A model generated the notes under the pieces. It was given only the letters and a program-made list of their open reading frames with translations. It made no database searches and had not been told where the DNA came from. A DNA stretch of 64,000 nt from Vicugna vicugna (lineage: Eukaryota). The stretch spans positions 6,662,407-6,726,406 of the forward strand of contig MU058584.1 in the NCBI GenBank assembly GCA_013265495.1, given 5' to 3'. Below, piece after piece: positions 1-13,214 of the stretch; position 1 is the stretch's first letter, and each line of letters begins with the position of its first letter. The position numbers and the translations under genes are program-made.

Positions 1-371
1 GATTATGTCTCAATTCTCATTTATTTTAGCAGAAGTATTTTACACACTTCTTAAAATCAGGGTTTTAGAATAGCTTCTTCTCTAATAGCTGTTCCTTCTC
101 AGTTTCTTTTGCTGTTTTCCCCTCATCTCTCTGTCCTCCAAATGTTGAAGTGCCCGTCTTCAGTTGTTGGCTGTAGTCAGTGATCTCATTCTTTCTCAGT
201 GCTTCAAATGCCATTTATATAATGATGGCACTCAAATTATTACCTCCTAACTTCCATCCCTGGCACTACGTTCTGTGCAGATGACTTCGACAACCTTCTA
301 ACCCATCTCCTGCCTGTGCCCTTGTGACTACTGAGGCTATGTTCACCTCCGTATCCAGAGTGATCCTATTA

Positions 372-746
372 GAATCTTAAAAAAAGAAGAAGAAAGAAGG
401 AGGAGGAGGAGAAGAAGAAGAAGACAAATGAACTTAAATATAAAACGGAAACAGACTCATAGACATAGAATACAAACCTGTGGTTGCCAAGGAGGGGAGG
501 GGTGGGAAGGGGCAGACTGGGAGTTCAAAATTTGTAGATACTGGCAGGTATATATAGAATAGATAAACAAGTTTATACTGTATAGCAGAGGGAAATACAT
601 ACAAGATCTTGTGGTAGCTCATGGTGAAAAAGAATGTGACAATGAATATATGTATGTTCACGTATGACTAAAAAATTATGCTCTATACTGGAAATTGACA
701 CACACTGTAAACTGACTATAACTCAATAAAATAAAATTTTAAAAAA
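372..746 (+). mobile_element. 5'-truncated L1 3' end (lineage-specific 3'UTR) with A-rich tail
   Basis: 'gaatcttaaaaaaa...acaaatgaactta...acagactcatagacatagaatacaaacctgtggttgcc...actataactcaataaa' followed by an A-rich tail. Homologous to the L1 3' ends at 25850-26155 and 55457-55510 in this window. Confidence 0.9.
379..424 (+). repeat. Polypurine (GAA)n/(GGA)n microsatellite inside the L1 3'UTR
   Basis: An uninterrupted purine run of AAG and GAG triplets. Confidence 0.9.
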
Positions 747-1449
747 TGTAAATCAGACGATGTCACTCCTCTGCCCAAATGTATTTCCCTTGTTTTGTTT
801 TTTCTTTTTTGCTATTTCCTCTCAACTCCTGTTCCTCATTCCTGCTTTGTTTGTTTGGTTTTTTTTTTTTTTTTTGGGTTGAGGGGAAGGCTACAGATTG
901 CTGTTGTATGTTTCTTAAAGATAGAAAAAGATTAGCATTATGTATACATATAACTTCCTTATTTTAAAGGCTTTGTGGTATATTAGTGAATCAAAATGGA
1001 TGAAATTTCAGTAATGTCAATTAGTAATTTGGCCACTTTTCCCACAGCTGAAAACAGGTTGTTTATCTGAAGAGAAGGCAACGAAGAATTACAAATACAT
1101 ATTTTTAATTTCTACTAAAATGCTGGATGAAATAAAATTGATATACCTTTTGTGGAAAGATGTACTCTTATTATATTTAGTAAATTACTTGCGTTCTAGA
1201 GCTTAGTCATATTTGAAGCTAAATTAATAAATCCACATTTGCACAAATCTTTATGCTTATTTTCAGGTAAATGCATTTACATTTTGTTAAGAGAGGCCAT
1301 TAAACTCCTATAGGGAATAAAATAGCATAAAGATAATGGTTAATACTTAGTTGAAATTGCTAGCATGAAAATTAAGTAACACAATGCACGCAAAGGGCAC
1401 AAACACCTACTGGACACACAGTGAATACTCAGTCTCAGCTGTTCTTGTA

Positions 1450-1625
1450 AGTGGAGTCGCACTACCTGCAATGACCTGGCTACTTAAGTGCCCCAGGTCT
1501 CAGTTTCCTCATTGATAGAATGAGGGTAGTAACAGTACCTACTCCAGAGTACTGCTATGAGGATCAATGAAATGCTCAGAACAGTGTCTAGCACTCAGTA
1601 AATTCTCACCAAATGTTAGTTTTCA
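1450..1625 (+). mobile_element. MIR SINE
   Basis: MIR core 'tctcagtttcctcattgatagaatgagggtagtaacagtacctac' and tail 'agaacagtgtctagcactcagtaa'. Confidence 0.85.
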
Positions 1626-1677
1626 TTTTGAACTATTAGTACCCAACATAAAAGTATCTTGCCTGGATTATTACTAG

Positions 1678-1745
1678 TGGCATTTACATATATTTTATCT
1701 TAGTAATTAGATTGGCATTTATATATATTTTATCTTAGTAATCAG
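1678..1745. repeat. Two-copy 33-bp direct repeat (period 35)
   Basis: tggcatttacatatattttatcttagtaattag (1678-1710) vs tggcatttatatatattttatcttagtaatcag (1713-1745), 2 mismatches. Confidence 0.95.
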
Positions 1746-3399
1746 TAATCTTAGACAATAATAGAGGGCCTCATGTTTCTCTTGCAGTGCTCTCCTTTTC
1801 TAGCTTTGCATCGTAAGCATAAAACTCAGATTCTGTAAATGCCACTGTTTCAATACACAAATGATTTAGTAGATTAATGTGTAACATCAAGAGGTATGAG
1901 TTATGGTTAAATTGGCACTAACAGAAATGAAGAGAAAACAAAGAATTCCTTCTCAGTCCCATCCAAAGGAAGAAAAAAGGGGAAAGTCAGATTTTTCCTA
2001 TCGTTTGCTAATGCTCTATAACTGAAATGACTCATCAGCCCTATCTGTCTTCTCAAAAACGAAGTGCTTCTGGAAAGAGGGACATCTGTGCTCCTCACAT
2101 CTGCCCCATTCTGTGAACATGAGGTGTGATTTAAAACAACAAAAACAGATGTTGGAGGTTGCTTAGCTGCTGTGCTGGTTCTAAAGCCATTTATAAATCA
2201 ACAATGCCACCTGTTGGATAGAAGAAGCAGGCCTGATACAATATTTTGTTGTTCACTAGGCAAGTGTTTATTCATGCCTCTTCTAGGCAATGAACACTGC
2301 TGGGCTGCAGTATGAGAAAGAAAGAAAAATAAAAAATAAACTCAATTTGCAATAAGCCTCCTATTTAGTAAAAGCCAGTGAAAGGCTGTTTCCACTCATA
2401 GCTAGTGGATGAGTTTCTATTTTAAAACCTGATCTTTTTCCCCAGCAAGTCATGACGAGGATTATTCTCCATCCTGGCATTTGCTCTATTGCTCCTTCAT
2501 GCCTAGTGTGTTTGCTCTCCTTTTATAGGACTGCTGAAAGTAAAAACAGCAATCTCTAACAACTGTCACTTAACTAAGAGGAGACATTACTTTAAATAAA
2601 AATCAGATAATGCTTTAACACATCAACAAAGATGGTTGCACTTGTGGGGCTTCAGCAGCCTCGCACTTTCCTCTACTTGTCGTTGCTGTATAGTCATGAT
2701 TTCGGAAATGTCAGGAAAGGAAAATCAGAGTTTGATACTCTGCTAGTGAGAGGACATGTGGCTCTTACTCCCTGACCTGGAAACTCAAAACAATTTACTT
2801 ATTTGGGGCAGTTTTAGGACGTCTTCAGAGTAGGAAACCTATCACTACTGTTCAGGATGGCACCTTGTCACTCACTAAATGCATTAGTCTAACAACAAAA
2901 CACTCGATGCTATTGCTTTTCCATTGCCAGCAAGCACATTAGTTAACTTTTGGTTTGGCATAAAAGAAGCAGAGAAAATCTGGAATTGTTTGCTGCCATT
3001 AGCCACATTTATCGAAAACCTAAGTGGGCATGGCGGGGGGGGGAATGAGGCATACTATCAAAGAAGGAAGGAAGGGATCTAAAGGAAACAGGCATCTCCG
3101 TTTTTTATTGTTTGGCAAGATAATTACCCTGGGACCTCTTCAGATCAATTTCCTGGCTGCAAAGGCCAACCCAGTGGGTTAAAGGAAAGGATAGGTGTGC
3201 ACTCAGAACAGCACCTGCCACTTGTGTGTCTGTACAGAAACAGCTACAATGTAAGACAACAGGTAATATCATATGAGTGGTGTAGGTGATTTGGGAGTTT
3301 ATAGGTCATAGATATTCTAATTAATATATACAGGGAAGACCTAAGCAAATTGGAACAGTGAACTCAAGGAAAATCTGAGATCCAAACAGAAATAGTCAG

Positions 3400-3781
3400 A
3401 TTGTGGGAGCAAGCCATTAGGACTGTTCAATTTTTTTCCCCACTTCTCATTCTTCCAGGTAAATGGTAGAATTGCAGTTTCCTGCCTCACTGAAGTTAGG
3501 CATGGCTGTGTAACTTACATGAGTGAAATGTGAGGGAAAACAGTATGTATTACTTCTGGGCAGAAGCTTTAAAATCCAGTACAGCATTTTCCAAGAATCC
3601 TTTTCCTGCCTCAGCAATCATGAATCCAAATGTCGAGATGAGGTTTCTCTCAGTCTGGTCTCTGGGGAACCATGATGATCAGTCCGCCTGTTAATCCACA
3701 TTGGATGTATACTTTTATGGTGTTAAATCATCAAGATTTTGAGGTTCGTTTGTCACTGCAGCATAACCTAACCCTAATACA
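3400..3781 (+). mobile_element. Old MaLR solo LTR (MLT1H/I/J-like)
   Basis: 'gaagttaggcatggctgtgtaactt...gaaatgtgagggaa...acttctgggcagaagcttt' and the MLT1 3' end 'tttgtcactgcagcataacctaaccctaataca'. Confidence 0.8.
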
Positions 3782-4189
3782 CAGGGTTCCCAAGGAATAT
3801 ATATAATAATTAGCTAATAAAAGTAAAAAGAAAAGTTTTAAAGGGGTTAAAACTAGAAAGTATTATTTTGGGGGGAACTAAAGGACAAGGATTTATTTAG
3901 TAAGCTGTAGAGAGCTTAGTCCACATCTATATCACCCACACTCTACACATATCTATACATCTGTCTCTATGTAGATATATAGAAAGAATATACAGATATA
4001 ACTGGTTTAGACATGTATTTCCAAATTTTAGCCTTCCTCTCATTGAACACCGTATTGTCTCCCCATTTCCCTACCCCCTAAAACAGCAGCAGCAACAACA
4101 AAAACAAAAACAATACAACAAAACAACGAAAACAACAGCCCACAACGTCACCAGAGGGGTTCTTTTCAGTTATCTCTCTTTTCTGTTAT

Positions 4190-4800
4190 AAATCTTCTTT
4201 TTCACTTCCCGGACTGGAAATTATAGCATCACCTGGATTCCCTGCTTCTGCCTTTGTCCACAAAGAGTCCCTCCACACAGTAGCAGAAGAAACTTTATGA
4301 AAACATAGGTCAGCTATGCCACTCCTGTGCACCATGCCGTCTGATGACTCACCATGCACTCAGAGAAAAGCCAGTCCTTGCAAGGTCCTGCAGCTTCTGG
4401 TCCTCAACTACTTGTGATTCTCTGTTCTTTGCACTCCTTACCTCTGTGCACAGATGTTCCTCAGCCCGAACAAGCACACTCTTACCTAAGGGTGTCTGTG
4501 GTTACTATTCCCTGTGCCGACAGTGTTCCCCCTTAGACGTCTGCATTGCACACTCCCTGCCTTTCCTTCTAGTCTATGCTCAGAAAGACCCTTTTCATAC
4601 CTTCTCTGACCCTTTTCACACCTGAGTGACTCTGCCTATCAGACTTACCATGCTTTATTTTTCTCTGTAGTATTAAAGACCACGTGATATACTATGTATT
4701 CACTGTGTCTTTGTTACTAATGTGGTTCTTTTGATAGAACCTACGTTCCATGAGGGCAGCTCTTGTGTCTGGAATGCCATCACTCAGAGGAGTACCTGGT
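4190..4800 (+). mobile_element. L2 LINE 3' region
   Basis: 'ctccacacagtagcagaagaaactttatgaaaacataggtcagctatgccactcc' through 'gttccatgagggcagctcttgtgtct' follow the L2 3' consensus order. Confidence 0.75.
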
Positions 4801-5254
4801 TCCCCAGTGCTAAGCTTCTCAGCTCTGCAGTATGGCTTCTACTTTCCCTCCGAGTCCCTGAGTTTGCCATTCAGTGTCCAGTAAGCTATCCAGGGTCAGG
4901 CTCAGGGTGACAGCATGCCAGGAGGAGAGCACCAGAAAGAAACACCAGGCTTCCTGCTGAGGTTCCCAAATGCAGTCCATGGCCAAATGTGTACTTGCCC
5001 ATGGAGGAAAGAGACAAACAAGGGCAAATTCTGAGAATTTTTACATAAAGCTAATTTTTAAAATGTGACATTATGTCCTTACATCTTTGGTGCTAATGTG
5101 TCTTTTCATTTGTGAAATGATGATGGAGTTTGATGACAGTTTGGGGGTTTGCTGTTTATTTGTTTGTTTTTTCCTTTTCATTGGCCTTACTTGGCAAGGC
5201 TAAAAAGGTTGGAGTCCTCAATCATTTTCAATTTTAAAATATTCTAAAATTAGT

Positions 5255-5385
5255 TCTTTCATAAGGTAGGAAACTGAAGCCCAAAGGGATATCATGACTC
5301 CTGCAGGTTCACAGATCTGGCTTTTCACAGAACTGGAACTACAACTCAGGCTTCCTCACTTCCAGCCAGCTCTGCTTTCTCCACA
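5255..5385 (-). mobile_element. MIR fragment
   Basis: Reverse MIR core 'aggtaggaaactgaagcccaaaggg...agaactggaactacaactcagg'. Confidence 0.7.
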
Positions 5386-6999
5386 CAAAAACTCCTTCCT
5401 CCGAGAAGCTGTTGAGAAAATCCCCTCCCCGACCTGGAGTGCTCTTTATCCCCTGATATTTGCTCTTTTGATTATTAAGCACTCTGGGGCTCTGGCAGAA
5501 AAACAGAGCTCCTCTTCTCATTTTTCTTTTCTTATTCCTCTCTAGAAATAAAAAAAAAGGTTAGGATAAAGATTGAAGACTTTCATCTCTTGCCATGCCC
5601 CCAAGGATGAGGATCACTGCCTTAAGTCAGAGTGAAATAACAGGTACTTTTTATAGGTAACTGCATAGGGGATACAGATTTCATTTTTACCCTTTAGAAA
5701 TTTTACTCATTTACTTACATGCTTCTTTGTTGTTTAAAACATCAACACAGAAATGCACAGAATAAAAGTCCCAGCATCCTTCTTTCCCCAGAGAAAATCA
5801 CACTTAATAATTTTTAATACATCCTTCCAGAGCTTTACATATATAAATGAGTAGGGTTCTAGGAATGGCAAGCAGAAACCCATAAATCTGTGAAAGAAAA
5901 GAATACATATGGAAAAAATGAGAGAAGATATAACACTATGCTAATGGTGGTTACATCTGAGTAGCAGAATTAAGAGTGATGCATAATTTGTATACCAAAA
6001 AATAGTGTTAAAAAGATGAGTTCAACAGATAGCAAGCTAAGGTTGCATGGAATTTTTAGGGGAGTCAAAGGGTTTAAGAAAGTCAGTTCTAATAGGGTGA
6101 AGAGAGTATCAGTGCTGAAGCAAAGCAGAGAGGTTAGGAAGGCTGGGAAGGTGAGTGGGAGGGAATGCTGTGTGTAGGACATTTCTGGATGTCATGTTAT
6201 CCATGCACCTCCTTTACTGTCTTGGACGTTGTTTTGTACATTTCTCAAGTACTGTGTGTGTGTGTATGTGTCTGTGCACGTGTGTGTGTGTTGCATTCAA
6301 CTCATTTGTTGGAGGCAGAACCTTGTCTCCACGTATTTATTATCCCCCTAACCAGAGGGCCTGCATGGTACCCAGCACTAGGTAAACACTGAATGTCTGC
6401 CATATTGAGTTCTGCTTTTGTTTATTCTCTTTCTTAAAGATTGTTTGAGCTAAAGATTACCCCAGCTGTTAAGAAATTCCTCCCCCATCTCTGGCACTAC
6501 ATTGGCTCATGAGCTTCCTTCAGTTATGTTTCTTGTTTTATTTTGTTTTTTTGGGTTTTTTTGGCATCTGACCCATAGGCAGACAGAGAATGCCAAGTCC
6601 ACACCAGATGACAGTCAGCAGGGACTGGTCATCACAGCTGCCATAGAGAATGGAATGTGCTCCCTTTACAGAGACCATGACACTGGAAAGAAGGTTTGAG
6701 TTTTCATGAGTCAAACTGTTGACTCTAGTACCTTACCACCATCCAGAATGCCTTGATTTCTATGTGGGCTCTTATCTGGGCCACCATCATGGACTGTACA
6801 TTGTGATCATCATCAGTAAACTCAGAAAATAATCAAATTCCAGAATCAAAAGGGATCTTAAAGTATCTTAATTCAACATCTGTCTTCTCTATATTTACTG
6901 ATGACTGTTAGTCATTTACGTAATATATTTATTGCAAGGAAGTTTTCTTTTCACACATTTGAAGATTTGGAGTCTCCCTTCTTGAAACTTCCACCCACT

Positions 7000-7262
7000 G
7001 ATTGCCCATTAATATTTGAAAATTGAACTCTATCAAATGTCAGGTTCTGTGCTATGTCTTGAGGCTAGAAATCTGGGTAAGACATAGCGCCTGCTTTCAA
7101 TAGCTTCATGGTTGGGTTGCAAAGTAGTTACATAATTATACAATTAAGATACTGTATGTATGTGAAATGATAGCCATTTTTGTATAAAAAGCAGAGTAGA
7201 GAAGCACCTTACTCGATGTGAGCTGGCAGGGTAATGAAAGGGAAGATTCCTAGAATATGTGA
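7000..7262 (-). mobile_element. L2 fragment
   Basis: 'atgtcaggttctgtgctatgtcttgagg...taagacatagcgcctgctttcaatagcttcatgg' is the reverse of an L2 3' end. Confidence 0.65.
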
Positions 7263-7379
7263 CATGTCACTTCTCTCTCTCTAGTTTGTTAACCACACAG
7301 CTATTTAATCAGCTACTAATCAACCTTACTATATCATCCAGACCAAACTTTTACTTCTTTTCCATAAACATAATAACAT

Positions 7380-7872
7380 TTTCTGGGGACATGGTAACTG
7401 AATTCCCATCATTCTTTCCCAGTTCACTTCCATCCCTTTGTAATAAACAATAATGTTTGAGGAATTGAGCTTAACACCAGTCATAATACCATATCCCTTG
7501 CCAGGATCCCTAACCTAAAGCTGTCAGTGCATAGCGTTTCGTCAATGGCAATTACTGTTTAAAAAGTGGGGATATTATGAAGGGCAAAATTAAGTTCAGT
7601 GCTTGGGAGCTGCATGCTCTCTTTCATTTTTTCTTTCCAGAAGGGAATAGGAAACTTGTAACCTATTTCCTCCTGCTGAACAATTTACATTCATGATGAA
7701 GCTGACACTGTTATCAAAATAGAGAGAGAGAAAGAACCTAGGTCTTTGATCACATTGTGAACTGCTGGATCTACACATACTTCCAAGCATGTAAGCCAAT
7801 AAGTGTACACACTTTGGAAGCCAGTTTGACTTGGGTTTTCTGTTACTTGCATGTAAAAGCATCTTAAGTGTT
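7380..7872 (+). mobile_element. Old MaLR solo LTR (MLT1J/K-like)
   Basis: 'agagaaagaacctaggtctttgatcacattgtgaactgctggat' and 3' end 'agccagtttgacttgggttttctgttacttgcatgtaaaagcatcttaa'. Confidence 0.8.
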
Positions 7873-8299
7873 TAACTTGCCTGAAGACTTGGTAAAATGA
7901 AAGGATGTGATGTCTATGGTTTTTTTTTCCTCTCCAAACAACTGATCTAATAATTTTAAGAAGGGAATGAAAGTTTCTTTGGTATTCCTCATTTTTTATG
8001 AATCATTTATGGTTCCTTGTGTCCGAAGGCACATTTTCCTAAAGAAATGTTCTTCATTCACTTAGACTATGGTAACAGTTGGAAGCAATTCAGTGCTACA
8101 AGTATTGATTACATACAACTCTTTGCCCTGCATTATACTAGGCACCAAGGTATATGCAAAATGGTTCTGAATAAGATATGGCTCCTTTCTTTAAGGAGCT
8201 TAAAATCCTTTGGAAATCAAATGTAATATAAGGAGCTTGAGCTTTGGTGTCATATACTCAATTTCAAATCTTGTGCTGCCTATTACATGTCTGGCGTAA

Positions 8300-8452
8300 T
8301 ACATATGCTGTCTCATTTAATCTTCCCATCAACCGCTAAGGTCATTATTTATGAATGAGGAAATTAAGTTCAAAGAGGTAACTAAGTTTCCCAAAGTGAC
8401 TTGTCAGACATGATGGCGCTGGGAAATGAATATAGGACTGAATCCAAAACCA
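8300..8452 (-). mobile_element. MIR SINE
   Basis: 'tctcatttaatcttcccatcaacc...atgaatgaggaaattaagttcaaagaggta...cccaaagtgac'. Confidence 0.75.
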
Positions 8453-8699
8453 GAGGTATAACCGACATTTAGGTGGAATCTGAATATACTGTTAATAGGC
8501 AAGCACCCCAGGCGCCAATTTATGTCCATTGTAGTTCTTCTGTCTTGGAGCTATGTTCTGAGGTCAAAGATGGTGCTGTTGGTCTTTTAATGGCAAAAAC
8601 ACAAAACAAAGAAAAACAAAAAAACCTCTCAAGCTAGGCAAAAGGTCCATCTGATGGCAATCAGTGCAAAAGGCAAACGCATCAAACAAGCTGTTTTGG

Positions 8700-9030
8700 T
8701 TATTCATCCATTTGATGAAGATTTATTATACCTAATATATGACAGGCATTGTGCTAAACACAAAGAAGAATACAAAGATACATAAAGTTCAGTTTCTGCT
8801 CTGAAGGAGCTGAGGCCGTTTAAGTACCAATAGCTTCCCTGTATAATCGGTCTACTAACTGCTAAGCACTTTTCATAAATCATCTGTAACACTTAAATGG
8901 CACTGCAGTATAAGTATTTTTGTTCCCATTCTATGGATGGGGAATCTGAGGCTTGGAAAGACCAGACCCAAGTCACATAAGCAAAGTCAAGATTTGAAAG
9001 CGAGTCTGACCCAAAAGCTTGTGTCCTTTT
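8700..9030 (-). mobile_element. L2 3' end (about 8700-8825) followed by MIR (about 8855-9030)
   Basis: 'ttcatccatttgatgaagatttattatacctaatatatgacaggcattgtgctaa' (L2 tail), then 'cccattctatggatggggaatctgaggctt' (MIR core). Confidence 0.7.
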
Positions 9031-10559
9031 CATGGTGTCACTCAGCCACACAAACCTGAAGCCTAAACTTGATTGAGAAATGTAGCATCCAATAGGTTTT
9101 TATTTTTCATTCTCCACCCTACCACTTAACTTTCACCCCCTCTCAGCACTGAGCACCTACCAAAGTGCTGAGTTCACTAGGCACTCAGTGAATTCATATC
9201 ATGTATTTTCAGCTCTGTAACAGAACCTTGTCATCTCTTCCTGATGCTTGTCAAGTGATTGATCTTGAGGAATCTGAGGTCTGAGCATTATGTTTTAAGT
9301 TCTATTGGCCACAATAGGCACTCCTGCCTCTAGTGTAGAACTAGCTGTATTATTTAGATTCAACAAATACATTTTAAACACTTACTATATATGCTAGGCA
9401 CCTCCACATATGGTATTTCATGACCTCCATTTTGCAAATAATAAATTTGAAGCTGTAGAAAATTGCTAAAGGTCACTCAAATTGTAAATGTAGGTCCAAG
9501 GTTCAAATTCCAGTTCTTTCTGTCCATCATAGTTTTATGCATATATCCAAGTTTTCAATATATTTTCAAGGATACTTCCAAGTCAAGTATATTTTCTGTT
9601 ACACCAGATGTGAATACTGTTGGGTTTCGTATAGTGAGAACTACTTTTATTTAAAGCATTTACTCTCTTCTTCTCATTTCACTTCCATGATTGCTTCTGG
9701 AACATTTTATGTCTGTGCAACCTCTGCTTTTTCCCTTGGTGGCTCATAATTACTGGTCCTGGCTCCAAGTCTTCTCCCATAACTATTCCCAGAAGTCATC
9801 CCTCACCATGCTACAGTCTATCTATCAGTTAAGTTTTCATGAGAAACATCTCCTTTGTGGCATTTACCAAAGGAAAAAAAATCTCCCAAGCTTCTCTAAA
9901 TAGCACAAAGTAATGCTTTTCTCATAGTCTTTAAAAAAAGGTTTTCTCTTTTTCTTTTTTTTTTTAACTTGTACAACTTGTCTCATCAGTAGGACCTAGA
10001 CAGCTTGCCACATGAAAACTATTTGAATAGACTTTGCACAAAACTTTAGTGTGACTAAGACAGTGATTTACCCTCCTTAGCCCAAAGTAATCTTTGGGGA
10101 ATACTTTATTATTTTCAGAAAGAAGAAAATATCAGATTAAACATGTGATATTTATTTTAAAAAACTAATATTTATGATAAAATTCAGTAGAGGTAAGGAG
10201 CTCATTTGGGTAAGGCCACAATAGTTCTTATGTCTGTTGCCTTATGAGGTTCTCGGCAACGCGTTATATTTTTCTACATCTTCATAAATGCATCCTGCTT
10301 GAAGGCTTCAATGTAGTGGCCTCTGAATTGAACTGAAAGAAAGAATGCAAATAGAAAGAGAGCAGTGGTCACCCACTGCTACATTCAGAAGCTGTTACGT
10401 ATTTTTGCAATTCTATCAAGAGAAAGTTGGAGCAAAGTAAGGCTAAGACTATCCTCTATTTGTGGAAAAGACAAGTGGAAAAAATGTCCTAGTCTTCTGA
10501 GAGAATATCCAGAATCATGCTTTCAACTAACACCTCTCAGCAAAGTAGTGAAGAACAAT

Positions 10560-10760
10560 CACCAAGGAGTGTGACAGACCAGATTCCAAATCCCATGACA
10601 GCTACGTATTAACTGTAAGTGACTTAACATCTTTGGGGTTAATCATAAATACCACTTCAGAATTGTGTGGTTTAAATAAGATAATGCAAACAAAGCACTT
10701 AGCACAGTGCTTGTTGATCTTAAGTTTGGTAAATTGTTTAGCTGTTACTGTTAATTATTT
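10560..10760 (+). mobile_element. MIR SINE
   Basis: 'cagaccagattccaaatccc...ttaaataagataatgcaaacaaagcacttagcacagtgcttg'. Confidence 0.75.
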
Positions 10761-11729
10761 TATCTTTTATATGTCAATATTCAGTGCAGTCTAGGTGGTA
10801 TGACAGGACATTTCCGTTTAGATATCTAGTCATCACCTCCAGTTTATAATCCTGTATGGCAGAAGTGGATTTTTCTGAGATCAAGGTGAGAGGACAGATG
10901 GGACAAATAACATTGGCCTAGTAAATAGATTTAAACTGCTCATTGACACCAATCAATTAGGCATTTTCAACGTAGGCTAGCTGAGGCAATTAGCCTTCAG
11001 TCTCTATAAGTATAGGTGGCTAGATTTCCTGAGGTATTGATGCAGAGAGATTATCTCATTCAAATTCTCAGCATTCACAATCTCAGCATATATCTTTAGA
11101 AATCACATGATTTAAATCCAATATTTTGAGAGTAAGAAAGTTTGGCAAGAAGGAATTAGGAAGCTTTTGGTTGACATTGGGAATGCTCTGGAGAAGAGGG
11201 CTACAAATCAGTCAAAGATTCAACTGACTATCCAGAATCTGAAACATACACCTTATAACCCAGAAATCTTCAGCATAGTCCTTATTAGAATTTTTTTTTT
11301 AATTCCTGTGTTACCTAGCACAGACCTAGGCAGAAGGATGATTGGAATTACCCTTTACAATCAAGGAGCTTACATGATGTTTCTGAATATAAGAAGGAGA
11401 AACAATCCTAAATTAATTTACTTATCCCAGACCATATTTAGCTTATTTATTGTCAGGTTTTGAAGATTTATGGGCAGGAAATAATAGTGTCCCACCCCTC
11501 AAACTGGGTGAACTTGCTCTGGATTCTGAAGAGCAGAGTTTCTGGTCAAGTAAGCAAGACGTGAACTTAACCTAGTCAAGGAAGGCAGCGAACCGCCTGT
11601 CAGACAAGCCATTGCCTGAAAAGCTGCCTCTCCAGAGATTATGGAGAACCCGGGAAAGACAGCCAGAAAAGGAAGCCCATCTCCAGCTCCCTCTCTTCCT
11701 CTCTTCTGACACCACCACTTTTTTTGTGA

Positions 11730-12180
11730 TGTATTGATTAGCTTTGATACAATATTTCAGAATAACAAATGACCTGAAGACTCAGTGACTTAAAGGAACA
11801 ATCATTTATGTTCATCAGTGTGTTGGGCTGGCCAAGCTGGGACTGAGGCTGGGCTCTGCTGGGTAGATCTGCTTCTCACTGCAGATCTGCGGGCCAGCTA
11901 GGGCAGCTCTGCTCCACGTGTCTCTCATCGTCCTAGGACTGACAGCTAGCCAAGGCATGCTTCTCTCATAGAGGGAGCAGAAGCAAAAGGAAGCATGCGA
12001 GGCCTCTTAAAACCTTGGTGTGGAACTGGCCCCTGTCACTCCTACCCACATGATCAAAGCAAGTCATATGGACAAGCCCTAAATAAGAAGTAGGGAAATC
12101 CACTCTACCCACAATGAGGCCATGGCAAGTGTATAGATGCAGGGAAAAGTTAAGTATTGGGACATTTATCTACCAATCCA
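11730..12180 (-). mobile_element. MaLR solo LTR (MLT1H-like)
   Basis: 'tgtattgattagc...aataacaaatgacctgaagactcagtgacttaaa...ctgctccacgtgtctctcatc...caaagcaagtcatatggacaagccc' is a reverse-oriented MLT1. Confidence 0.85.
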
Positions 12181-13214
12181 AACCACCCCCCAACCCCCCC
12201 CCCAAAAAAAGGTTGCTTTCACCTGGAGAATTTGAAGTTTCTTTATTTAAATGGTTTTTCTTCCTTCACTTTTTATATCATTTTTCAAGGTTCTAAATCC
12301 CTTCCACTTCTCCCTTAGCCAGAGTCTAGAATTTTCTATTCTCTTTTCTCTCCATTTCCTGCCTCAAATTGGAAATGTTCTCCCTTCATTGTTTATCAAA
12401 GCATGATCACTTTTTGTGCCATATTTCTTTGTAATTCTTTGGGAACCAATCTATGTTCTGTTTTCTTGAATAAATGGTATTAATATTGTGGTATTGCCTA
12501 AGTTTACTCCACATAAATAATAAAAGATATCAGATATGTGCACACACACACACTAACTATAGAGACTGTATAAAATGAGGAAAAGTTAATTAATCTGAAC
12601 CACTTCATAACGAATTTGAATACTGAGTATATTCTTGAAGTAAGTCACTAATCTTAAGGGCTTAATTACTCAAAAAAAATTTTAGTCCAATTTTAAAAAT
12701 CCAATTGCAACATTCTACTCACTATCCATATGATGAGTAAATAGATGTGTGACCTGGTTAGTATCTTGCTCTTTTACTTGTATTTACTACAACCCTTTGT
12801 CCAGCCATCTCAAGAACACAGACCATTAGGGTAAAGGCAGGTGAGTGAGAGTAGGGAGAGCTCACACCTAACTCAACACCACAACTAGATAGAGCTTAGA
12901 GCCCATGCAACTTTGGTGGGTCAGTAGTACGGCTCATGCGTGTTCTCTGTGTGTCTCTCTCCCCATGTGTCACACATGTGTGTACATATAATCAAAAGTA
13001 AATTTATGCTGTGCTTGTTGATTAATTAACGCCCATCAGTGATCAATAAATTGTACTGTATCTGTCTGATTGCTGCTATCATCATTAGGAGCTACTAGTC
13101 CATCTAAAAGTACATGTGTTTGAGTCACTAAAGTGATGTATCGTACAGTTGCTTTACTCTTCTGTTTCTAAAACCAAGTTTAAGGTGATATGGTAGAAGC
13201 CTCTTCTTGGGTGA

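Larger units (their letters stand above)
130..780 (+). mobile_element. L2 LINE fragment, interrupted by a young L1 3' end
   Basis: The L2-like motif 'ccagagtgatcctattagaat' (355-375) resumes as 'tgtaaatcagacgatgtcactcctctgcccaaa' (747-779) after the L1 insert. Confidence 0.65.
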
